Assembly (NCBI GenBank): GCA_031259205.1
Contig: JAIRLS010000014.1
Coordinates: 1 to 39,989 of the forward strand
DNA length: 39,989 nucleotides
Source of the DNA: Bacteroidales bacterium
Lineage (GTDB): Bacteria > Bacteroidota > Bacteroidia > Bacteroidales > UBA4181
Direction: 5' to 3'
The notes beneath the pieces were generated by a model that saw only the letters and a program-made list of their open reading frames with translations, made no database searches and was not told the origin of the DNA. The position numbers and the translations under genes are program-made. Positions 17,139 through 25,522 of this stretch are shown here, piece by piece. Each line of letters opens with the position of its first letter. Position 1 is the first letter of the stretch.

Positions 17139-17467
17139 TGAACTCATTAACCGTTAATTCGCTATCGAAATATTCAAATAAAATGTTGATTATTAGATAT
17201 TTATACCTACATTTTGTTCAAAATCCATACTGATTTAACAACGCCAAAAATATAATCCGCGAGAAATATTGTTTAGAAATGTATTGATTATTTCTTGACG
17301 GATCATAAAAAGACGTTTTTTGAGGATAAAAAAGCGCAAATTGCCAACAATATAATTTATGAAAATTTAACCTTTGCATTCAAATTAATCTCAATTAAAA
17401 ATGACGACAAATTTCTTTACATATAATTCCCGTGGAAACCCTGTAATGACGGGCTTTGGCACGATTT

Positions 17468-17509
<42 letters not shown>

Positions 17510-17531
17510 AGCAGATTATACCGTAATATAT

Positions 17532-17543
17532 ACGCGCGCGCGT
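17532..17543. repeat. ACGCGCGCGCGT palindrome ((CG)5 core) flanked by the direct repeat CGTAATATA
   Basis: (CG)5 lies at 17533..17542. CGTAATATA occurs at 17522..17530 and again at 17541..17549. Confidence 0.85.
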
Positions 17544-17573
17544 AATATAAGAAAAATTTTTCGGATTTTATAT

Positions 17574-17608
17574 ATAGCCACAACATATTTTTCACGTGTT
17601 GTGGCTAT
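17574..17608 (+). other. Perfect 12-bp stem hairpin (ATAGCCACAACA / TGTTGTGGCTAT) with an 11-nt loop
   Basis: The arms at 17574..17585 and 17597..17608 are exact reverse complements. No clear T-run follows. Confidence 0.7.
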
Positions 17609-17738
17609 GACGTTTATTCTTATATGTAAATCGAAACTTATGGATGTAACGGCGAGAGCAAATACCCACAGTGGTCAACGAAAACTTGCTTTCGCCGCTT
17701 TAGTTGCACTGTGGCAAAAACCGCTATGGTGATGAAAA

Positions 17739-17746
17739 TATTTTTG
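17739..17746 (+). promoter_or_regulatory. -7 promoter box TATTTTTG for the susC/susD block
   Basis: Exact TAnnTTTG match 67 nt upstream of ATG 17813. It lies inside the over-extended 17711 ORF. Confidence 0.45.
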
Positions 17747-17812
17747 CAAATCAAAATAATAACGATTAGAAATATAAAAGGAAAGATAAATTTTAAGTTT
17801 AATAAATGTAAA

Positions 17813-20623
17813 ATGAGTATGGAAAAAAAAGTTTGTTTTTTTGTGTATGGTTGCATGCAACTATTGTTGATAATGCGACCTGTGGAAGCGCAGGAGATCA
17901 ACGATTCTTCAAAGGTTGGTTTTCCTGATACGGAGAAGATGGTGATCTCGCTGTATGACAGTAAACCGTACAAGTACATCAACGGAGCGGTATCGCATGT
18001 GTCGGGAACGGACGTTGAAAACATTTCCGGCATGAACCGTTTGAATTTACTAGCCGGACGAATGGCCGGACTACTTGTTTACAATCTGGACGGTTTGCCG
18101 GGTTATGAAAATTCAACGATAAGAGTACGCGGTAATCATACGTTCACCAGCAATCTGTCTCCGGTGATATTGATCGACGGAAAAATAGACGATGCGACAA
18201 TGTTAGACCCGTATGATATTGAGAGTATCGTGTTGCTGAAGGATGCTGCCAGCACCGCTATGTATGGTTTGCAATCCGCTAATGGCATTATTCTAATCAA
18301 TACCCGGAAAGGAGAGGCAGGTAGGATAAAAGTAAATTTTAATACGGAAACCTCTTTTTCGCAACCTACCCGCATGCCGAAATATTTGGACGCTTACAAT
18401 TACGCTCTTCTGTACAATGAGGCGCAGTTGAACGATGACCCTTCCGCAACCCCAAAGTACGACGACACTGCATTAGAGGCTTACCGTACAGGCAGCGATT
18501 CGTATAAATATCCCAATGTGAACTGGGTGGATGAATTTCTAAAAAAGAATTACGTATTGACCCGGAATAACATTAATGTAAGCGGAGGAGGAAAAACGGC
18601 ACGTTACTATGTAGCAGCCAACTATCTTTACAACAGCGGCGTGTTCAACGTGGACGAGGACATTAATACCTATAATACCAATACGGCCATCAAGGTAATG
18701 AACATACACGGTAATGTACAGGTGAATATAGGGGAAAATCTGACCGTAAATGCGGATATTCGAGCTAAAAAGGATATGCGCAATGCTCCGGGAGCGTATG
18801 GCACAGGATATGCCAACACGATCATCACCGATCTTTTTTCTATTCCGTTTAACGCCTTCCCCATTAAAAATGAAGACGGTTCCATTGCGGGAGTTTCCGA
18901 TTATGCACGTAATCCTTACGGTTCCTTAAATTACAGCGGATATTCCATCTGGGAACGGTCTTCGTTATCTACGTATGCATCGGCTGCTTATGATTTAAGC
19001 GGTTTGATCAAAGGCCTCAGTATCGAAGGCAGGGCAGGATTCAATACCTATACCGATTATTACATCAACCGGACCAAGAATTATGCACGTTATACTTTAA
19101 ATGCCGACGGTACTTACACCCAGATAGGTCTGGATTCGGAACTGGTTAACAGTGGGGGGTACAGTTCCATATACCGGAATTTCGACCATTATATAAGTTT
19201 GAAATACGCCGGCAGGTTTGACGAACACTATGTGGATGCATTGCTGATGTATGACCGTCAACAAGTAAAAATAGCCTCTTCTACCAATTTGACCAAGCAC
19301 TATCAAGGGCCAAAGGGAAGTGTTTCCTATCGCTACGACGACCGCTATCTGGCCGATTTTACCTTTGCTTATCAAGGCAGCGAACAGTTTCCTAAAAACA
19401 GACGCTACGGATTCTTTCCGGCAGTGGCGGCAGGCTGGATTCTTTCCGGCGAATCGTTTATGAATAATGTGAAAATCATTGATTTCTTGAAAATCAGAGC
19501 ATCTTATGGCCGGACAGCAAATCAGATAGTTCCTTATTTTTCATATCTGGGATCATGGGGTTCAACGTCAAACACTTATTTTTTCGGTACTTCTCCCGCC
19601 GGACAAGTGGGCTATCTCCAGAGTCAGGTAGAGAATCCCTCTATTACATGGGAAAAATGTCTAAAAACCAATATCGGGCTTGATGCCGGCTTTTTTAACA
19701 ACAGGTTGAGTACTTCTTTCGACTGGTTTATGGAAAACAGTAAGGATATCCTGATATCCAACGCCATCACGGCCATGTATGGGGCAACTGTTTACATGCC
19801 CGAAGGAAAATTTGAAAACAAAGGCTATGAAATACAACTCGAATGGAAAGATACAAAAGGCGATTTCGGTTACTTTTTCAATGTGAATTATTCTGTGACG
19901 GAAGATAAAATTGTGAACCAAAACGAGGTGTATCGGGAGTATCCGTGGATGTATCGTACCGGCAAAGCCTTGAGTACACGTTTCGGATACCAGTTTGATC
20001 GCTTTTTCACGGAGGAAGACGATATTGCCTCTCTGCCCAGCCAAGCGGTACAGGGAGGAACACAACGTCCGGGCGATCTGAAGTACAAAGACTTAAATGA
20101 TGACAAAGTGATTGACGATAATGATTATTGCAGTATTGGTAATCCTAAAATGCCGAGAGGGAACTACGGTATCGGCATGGGAGTACAATTTAAAGGATTG
20201 GATGCAACGGTTTCCTTTCACGGAACACATGGAGGTACGTCCTATTATTCGGGATATACCTATTGGGCATTCAACAACAGGATCGGTAATGTGCTGGAAC
20301 ATCATTTAGATAGATGGCAACCCGGTTCCGGACAATCAGCCGATTATCCGCGATTATCGCTTTCCAATTCCAACAACACGGCTACCAGTTCCTACTGGGT
20401 AAAAGACAACTCGTTTGTCCGGCTGAAATACGTGGAATTGGGATATACTTTTCCCCTGCGCCTTTCAAAAAAGGCGGGTATGACTAAAGCCCGTATTTTT
20501 GTCAACGGCTACAATCTGTTCTGTTGGGATAAAATGGGCATCATAGACCCCGAACTTAACGACGGCGGACTGTACTTTCCAATTCAGCGCACTATCAGTG
20601 TAGGACTTAATCTTGGTTTTTAA
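17813..20623 (+). CDS. SusC/RagA-family TonB-linked outer-membrane transporter (no N-terminal carboxypeptidase-regulatory-like domain)
   Basis: ORF track 17711..20623. Start trimmed to ATG 17813 (MSMEKKVCFFVYGCMQLLLIMRPVEAQE signal peptide). Plug-domain motifs are IRVRGNHTF and LKDAASTAMYGLQSANGIILINTRKG. The barrel ends in an aromatic residue (VGLNLGF). It is followed directly by a SusD gene. Confidence 0.9.
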   Translation: MSMEKKVCFFVYGCMQLLLIMRPVEAQEINDSSKVGFPDTEKMVISLYDSKPYKYINGAVSHVSGTDVENISGMNRLNLLAGRMAGLLVYNLDGLPGYENSTIRVRGNHTFTSNLSPVILIDGKIDDATMLDPYDIESIVLLKDAASTAMYGLQSANGIILINTRKGEAGRIKVNFNTETSFSQPTRMPKYLDAYNYALLYNEAQLNDDPSATPKYDDTALEAYRTGSDSYKYPNVNWVDEFLKKNYVLTRNNINVSGGGKTARYYVAANYLYNSGVFNVDEDINTYNTNTAIKVMNIHGNVQVNIGENLTVNADIRAKKDMRNAPGAYGTGYANTIITDLFSIPFNAFPIKNEDGSIAGVSDYARNPYGSLNYSGYSIWERSSLSTYASAAYDLSGLIKGLSIEGRAGFNTYTDYYINRTKNYARYTLNADGTYTQIGLDSELVNSGGYSSIYRNFDHYISLKYAGRFDEHYVDALLMYDRQQVKIASSTNLTKHYQGPKGSVSYRYDDRYLADFTFAYQGSEQFPKNRRYGFFPAVAAGWILSGESFMNNVKIIDFLKIRASYGRTANQIVPYFSYLGSWGSTSNTYFFGTSPAGQVGYLQSQVENPSITWEKCLKTNIGLDAGFFNNRLSTSFDWFMENSKDILISNAITAMYGATVYMPEGKFENKGYEIQLEWKDTKGDFGYFFNVNYSVTEDKIVNQNEVYREYPWMYRTGKALSTRFGYQFDRFFTEEDDIASLPSQAVQGGTQRPGDLKYKDLNDDKVIDDNDYCSIGNPKMPRGNYGIGMGVQFKGLDATVSFHGTHGGTSYYSGYTYWAFNNRIGNVLEHHLDRWQPGSGQSADYPRLSLSNSNNTATSSYWVKDNSFVRLKYVELGYTFPLRLSKKAGMTKARIFVNGYNLFCWDKMGIIDPELNDGGLYFPIQRTISVGLNLGF

Positions 20624-20641
20624 TTTTTTTAAATAAATACA

Positions 20642-22357
20642 ATGAAAAATCTTATATTATACATGTTTTTGATTTATTCTTCTTTAATTTGGATTTCATC
20701 GTGTTCCGACGACAAATTTAATGATACTCCGGTCTATATGGTGCCGTCCTCCATTGTTTATGGCGATTCTACCAAAATATCTCAGGTAATCAGTAATCTC
20801 TATTCGTTCCTGCCCCAGGGATACAACCGTTTGGGCAGCAGCAGTATGTTGGCGGCATCCATCGACGAGGCCGTACATGCCGTACTCGGGTCGGAAGTAG
20901 AACGATGGGGAATGGGCAGTTGGGATGCCAATTATACTCACGACGACGCCTTTTCCAACTGTTATACGGGGATCCGCAGAACCTTTGTTTGCGAAGACCA
21001 GATATTAGCCAATATCGACAAAACCGTAATGACTTCGGTAGGACAAAATTTGTATCGCGGACAAACACTGTTTCTGAGAGCGTATTTCAATTTCGAAATC
21101 TTGAAACGCTACGGCGGATATCCCGTATTGAAAAAAGCGTTTTCGACGGATGATGATCTGACCGTTTCGAGAAATACCTATGATGAATGTGTAAACTATA
21201 TCACTGACTTATGCGACGAGGCTGTCCCTCTATTGCCTTTGTCGTATGCAACCAATCAATTGGGACGCGCTACGCAGGGAGCGGCAATGGCTTTGAAAGC
21301 AAGGACGCTGCTGTATGCTGCCAGTCCGCTTTTCAACGATCCGGGGAAACCTGATAACGGTTTGGAAAACGGAAAGTATGATCCCGCTAAATGGGAAAAG
21401 GCCGCTGAAGCCGCAGCAAATGTTATCAATCTGAAAAATCCGGATGAAACAAACGTATATGGGTTATATACTGCCGGAACAGGATATGACGCTTTCTTTT
21501 ATACATTGGCTTCAAACAATGAAATCATTATTTCGAGAATGACTGCCAACGGCAATACCGTTGAGAAGCAAAACGGACCGGTAAGCATTACCGGTGGAGA
21601 AGGAGGTACCTGTCCCACGCTGGATTTGGTGAACGATTATGAAATGGCCGACGGGACGCCTTTCGAGTGGAACAACCCTGTCCATGCAAACAATCCTTTT
21701 GCCGGAAGAGACCCCCGTTTTGCCAAAAGCATTCTGTACAACGGCGCTACATGGATGAGCGGCACAGTTATCGAAACCTTTGACGGCGGGAAAGATTTGA
21801 CAGGCGTGAGAGCAACTCGCACTGGCTTCTATTTGAGGAAATTTCTTAATATCAATGCCCGCTGGAATGCTCCTACGGGGACTTCACCTCATTGTTTTCC
21901 GCTGATTCGTTACGCAGAAGTACTACTCAACTATGCCGAAGCCATGAACGAAGCCTATGGCCCCGATGTTGATCCCAAAAGTTATGGCTTGACGGCAAGG
22001 GATGCCGTGAGAATGATTCGGCAAAGAGCCGGTTTGACCGGAAATATTGATTTGTCGGCTTCCGTTCCTAACGGCAATCAGGCAAAAATGCGCGAAGCCA
22101 TACGTCATGAACGACGCATAGAGCTTGTCTTTGAAGAACATCGTCATCTGGATGCGAGGAGATGGAAAATAGCGGAAACTGTGTTCAACAAACCGGTATC
22201 CGGTTTGACGATTGTGAAAAACACTAATGACAACACTTATACCTATACTCCGAAAACAGTGGAAAACCGTGTGTTTTCTTCAAATATGTATCTGTATCCC
22301 TTTCCTCAAACAGAAATCAGCAGAAATCCGAATTTGGTACAAAATACGGGTTGGTAA
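20642..22357 (+). CDS. RagB/SusD-family nutrient-binding outer-membrane lipoprotein
   Basis: 571 aa. Lipobox WISSCSDD. SusD hallmarks are LRAYFNFEILKRYGGYP, ALKARTLLYAASPLFN, RYAEVLLNYAEAMNEAYGP and ERRIELVFEEHRHLDARRW, with the C-terminus NPNLVQNTGW. Confidence 0.9.
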   Translation: MKNLILYMFLIYSSLIWISSCSDDKFNDTPVYMVPSSIVYGDSTKISQVISNLYSFLPQGYNRLGSSSMLAASIDEAVHAVLGSEVERWGMGSWDANYTHDDAFSNCYTGIRRTFVCEDQILANIDKTVMTSVGQNLYRGQTLFLRAYFNFEILKRYGGYPVLKKAFSTDDDLTVSRNTYDECVNYITDLCDEAVPLLPLSYATNQLGRATQGAAMALKARTLLYAASPLFNDPGKPDNGLENGKYDPAKWEKAAEAAANVINLKNPDETNVYGLYTAGTGYDAFFYTLASNNEIIISRMTANGNTVEKQNGPVSITGGEGGTCPTLDLVNDYEMADGTPFEWNNPVHANNPFAGRDPRFAKSILYNGATWMSGTVIETFDGGKDLTGVRATRTGFYLRKFLNINARWNAPTGTSPHCFPLIRYAEVLLNYAEAMNEAYGPDVDPKSYGLTARDAVRMIRQRAGLTGNIDLSASVPNGNQAKMREAIRHERRIELVFEEHRHLDARRWKIAETVFNKPVSGLTIVKNTNDNTYTYTPKTVENRVFSSNMYLYPFPQTEISRNPNLVQNTGW

Positions 22358-22386
22358 AATTCTTTAATAAATAAAAAAATAATAAA

Positions 22387-25300
22387 ATGAAAAATATATT
22401 ATTAATATTAAGTATTGCATTTTGTGGTAATTTGTTTGCACAAAGTTTTACCGTCAAAGGAAGGGTTATTTCTACGGAGGATCGGAATGGAATGCCTGGT
22501 GTTACCGTTTTAATACAAAATACGATGACAGGTGCAGTAACTGATAACAACGGTTATTATACGGTCAACGTTTCTTCGGGCAATGCGGTTTTGCATTTCA
22601 GTGCAGTTGGTTTTGTCTCTTTGGAGGTTCCTGTGAACAACCGAACGGAAATTAATGTTTCATTGGAACCTGACGTGACCACATTGGAAGAAGTGATAGT
22701 GGTCGGTTACGGCGAACAGAAAAAGGCAAGTATCGTAGGTGCTATATCCAATGCCAGAAATGAAGATTTGAAAAAAGCAACCCCATCAAACCTTACTGCT
22801 GCTATCGGCGGACGTGTCACCGGTGCGCTGGTACGTTTGGGCGATGGTAATGTAGGCGGCGGTGATGCCCGCTATTCGGCTGCCGAACTGGATAATGCGG
22901 CTATCTATATCAGAGGACGCGCTACCACCAATACGGCAACCCCTTTGGTGCTTATTGACGGAGTGGAATCTTCTTTTTCAAGAGTGAATCCCGAAGACGT
23001 AGAACAGTTCAGCGTATTGAAAGACGCTTCGGCCACGGCTGTATACGGCGTCAGGGGGGCTAACGGCGTTATCCTGATCACTACTAAGCAAGGTATGTTG
23101 GGGAAACCCAAAGTAACCATAAATATGCAAAAAAGAATGCACAAGCACTTAAATTATCCCCATCCGCTGGGCGCTTATGATTATGCTGTTCTGTACAATG
23201 AAGCCAACAGGAATGCGGGCCAAAACGAAACCTATAAAGAGGAAGATATTGAACATTGGCGACTGAAAGATGATCCCGTCGGACATCCGGACGTGGACTG
23301 GTATGAAGAAATGTTGAAAGACCATTTTTTTGAAGACCAGTATAATATGAACATCGTCGGAGGCACGGAATTTGTGAAATATTATATATCCGGAGAGTAC
23401 AATCATGCGGGCGGCCCGTTTGATGCACCCAAAAAACTGGAAAACGACTATAAAAGGTATAATCTGCGTACCAATTTTGACTTCAAGATTTCCTCCTCCA
23501 CCGATTTAAGCGTTAAACTGAACGGAAGGCTGGAAAGCCGCGGTGACATCAACTATGGAGAATCCACCGGACAGCGCTATTACGGTTCGTTTTGGTACGG
23601 AATTTTGTCGTCGGCTGTCAATGTGGCGCCCATTCGTAATCCTAACGGAACTTGGGCCTATGGCGACGGAAACCTTTGGAATCTCAGAGCAATTTTGGAT
23701 GAAAGCGGCTATCGCATGAGGCTCTCCAATACGCTGGACGTCAGTACAAATCTGAAACAAAAACTGGATTTCATCTTGCCCGGCCTGTCGGTTAGAGGAA
23801 TGTACGGTTCCGTCTTTTCTTCAGGTTCCAGAAGACTGGAAGGGCCGGAACAGATACCTGCACTTTGGAGCTATGACCCCGTTTCTCAAAAATACACGCT
23901 GAGACGGCCGGAAGCAGCAAGAAGTTATAGTATTGAATACAGTAATCTGCCTTATGCAAGGCGAACACAGGTGGAACTGGCTTTGAATTATGAAAAATCC
24001 ATCGCTGAGAAACACAATATCGGCGCCATGGTGGTTCTTATGCAATCCAAGTCGGAATCCAATGCCGATTTACCGGTATCGCACAGGGGGGTTGCCGGCA
24101 GAATTACCTACGGATACAAATCCAAATACCTTTCCGAGGTAAACATGGGCTACAATGGCTCCGACCAGTTCAATAAGGATAACCGCTATGCACTGTTCCC
24201 TTCTGCATCTGTGGGATGGGTCATTTCCGAAGAAAATTTTATGAAAGACAATGTGAAATTTCTTGATTTTCTTAAAATCAGAGCTTCGTATGGAACAGCA
24301 GGCAACGACAAAATAGGCAGTTACCGCTACCTGTATCGGTACGAATTTAATAGTACCAGTGCGAGATGGACAGATTATCAGAATGAAATCTACAATTTCG
24401 GAGTAAATCCCGTCTCACAGTCCGGTATGCGGGAAGGTACGCTGGGAAATGACAAAGTCACATGGGAAGTTGCTAAAAAAGCCAATCTCGGTCTGGATTT
24501 TCGCATGTGGGGTAGCCGTATCAGGATCGTAGCAGATATTTTCAGGGAAAAACGGGACAATATTTTGGCCACCAGAGGCGACGTACCGTCGCAGTCCGGC
24601 ATAGCCGGTCGGTTACCTGCGCAAAATATCGGGAAAGTCACCAATAAGGGGTATGAATTTGAATTGTCCTATACCGACAAATTCGGAGATTTTGACATCA
24701 GCATCGGCGGTAACTACACTTATGCTCACAGCAATATTGACTATATTGCCGAAACCCAGTTGCTGTATCCGTGGATGATGCGGGTTAATCATCCTGTGGG
24801 ACAACCGTCGGGTTATATCTGGACAGGTAAATTTTATAATGTGGACGATCTGACCAATCCCGCCGTGCCGAAACCTACCGGAACGGTATATGCGGGAGAC
24901 TTGATGTTTGAAGATTTGAACGGTGACGGTATCATCGACAATTATGACATCACATACGACAAGCAGATAGGATACTCCACGATTCCGGAAATCATTTACG
25001 GTTTCAACACCGGTTTCGGATTCAAAGGCTTTTATTTGGACCTGTTCTGGCAAGGAGCAGCGCATGTAAGTTCTCGCTACAATAATGAACTCAGGTATGA
25101 GTTTTACGCCAAAAATGTGTTGCCCTACCATAAAGACCGTTGGGTATATGATCCCGACCGAGGATTGGACACAAGGGCTACCGCCAAATATCCTCTCCTG
25201 ATAGTCGGAGGCTCTGCACAAACAAGAGTCAATTCGTCTTTCCAGTATCTGAACAGCGCATTCCTGAGGCTGAAAACAGCCGAATTAGGATACAATTTTC

Positions 25301-25485
25301 CTAAACAATGGGTGGCCAAACTGCGTATGTCGGCATTGAGGCTGTATCTCAGCGGATCGAACCTGCTCACCTTCGACAGCATCGGATGGATTGACCCCGA
25401 ATATAATCCGGACAGTACCGGAAATCGTGGAAATTCTTATCCCCAAACCAAATTTTACTCACTGGGATTAACCGTTAGTTTTTAA
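22387..25485 (+). CDS. SusC/RagA-family TonB-linked outer-membrane transporter (full architecture)
   Basis: 1032 aa. Signal peptide, then a carboxypeptidase-regulatory-like domain (FTVKGRVISTEDRNGMPGVTVLIQNTMTGAVTDNNGYYTV). A TonB-box-like segment follows (EEVIVVGYGEQKK), then the plug (IYIRGRATT, LKDASATAVYGVRGANGVILITTKQG). The C-terminus is LGLTVSF. Confidence 0.92.
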   Translation: MKNILLILSIAFCGNLFAQSFTVKGRVISTEDRNGMPGVTVLIQNTMTGAVTDNNGYYTVNVSSGNAVLHFSAVGFVSLEVPVNNRTEINVSLEPDVTTLEEVIVVGYGEQKKASIVGAISNARNEDLKKATPSNLTAAIGGRVTGALVRLGDGNVGGGDARYSAAELDNAAIYIRGRATTNTATPLVLIDGVESSFSRVNPEDVEQFSVLKDASATAVYGVRGANGVILITTKQGMLGKPKVTINMQKRMHKHLNYPHPLGAYDYAVLYNEANRNAGQNETYKEEDIEHWRLKDDPVGHPDVDWYEEMLKDHFFEDQYNMNIVGGTEFVKYYISGEYNHAGGPFDAPKKLENDYKRYNLRTNFDFKISSSTDLSVKLNGRLESRGDINYGESTGQRYYGSFWYGILSSAVNVAPIRNPNGTWAYGDGNLWNLRAILDESGYRMRLSNTLDVSTNLKQKLDFILPGLSVRGMYGSVFSSGSRRLEGPEQIPALWSYDPVSQKYTLRRPEAARSYSIEYSNLPYARRTQVELALNYEKSIAEKHNIGAMVVLMQSKSESNADLPVSHRGVAGRITYGYKSKYLSEVNMGYNGSDQFNKDNRYALFPSASVGWVISEENFMKDNVKFLDFLKIRASYGTAGNDKIGSYRYLYRYEFNSTSARWTDYQNEIYNFGVNPVSQSGMREGTLGNDKVTWEVAKKANLGLDFRMWGSRIRIVADIFREKRDNILATRGDVPSQSGIAGRLPAQNIGKVTNKGYEFELSYTDKFGDFDISIGGNYTYAHSNIDYIAETQLLYPWMMRVNHPVGQPSGYIWTGKFYNVDDLTNPAVPKPTGTVYAGDLMFEDLNGDGIIDNYDITYDKQIGYSTIPEIIYGFNTGFGFKGFYLDLFWQGAAHVSSRYNNELRYEFYAKNVLPYHKDRWVYDPDRGLDTRATAKYPLLIVGGSAQTRVNSSFQYLNSAFLRLKTAELGYNFPKQWVAKLRMSALRLYLSGSNLLTFDSIGWIDPEYNPDSTGNRGNSYPQTKFYSLGLTVSF

Positions 25486-25522
25486 ACAATAAAATAAAGT
25501 AAACCAATAAAATGAATTTATT

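Noticed and set aside
16947-17141. 64-aa ORF (MKNNFSDLHYNTNVEAKAIRFGEC...) inside repeat copy B.
   Set aside because: In copy A the equivalent frame is broken after 18 codons. In the conserved 3' block the substitutions between copies are mostly non-synonymous (GWDNPLTD vs GWNSPLPH). Conservation therefore looks nucleotide-level rather than protein-level.
17304-17326. CATAAAAAGACGTTTTTTGAGGA resembles the left end of repeat copy B (CATAAAAAGA...TTTTTTTGAG). A similar GACGTTTTTTGAAGA occurs at about 8650..8664.
   Set aside because: These matches are short and are A/T-run palindromes, which are common in AT-rich spacers. That is not enough to call them solo ends of the element.
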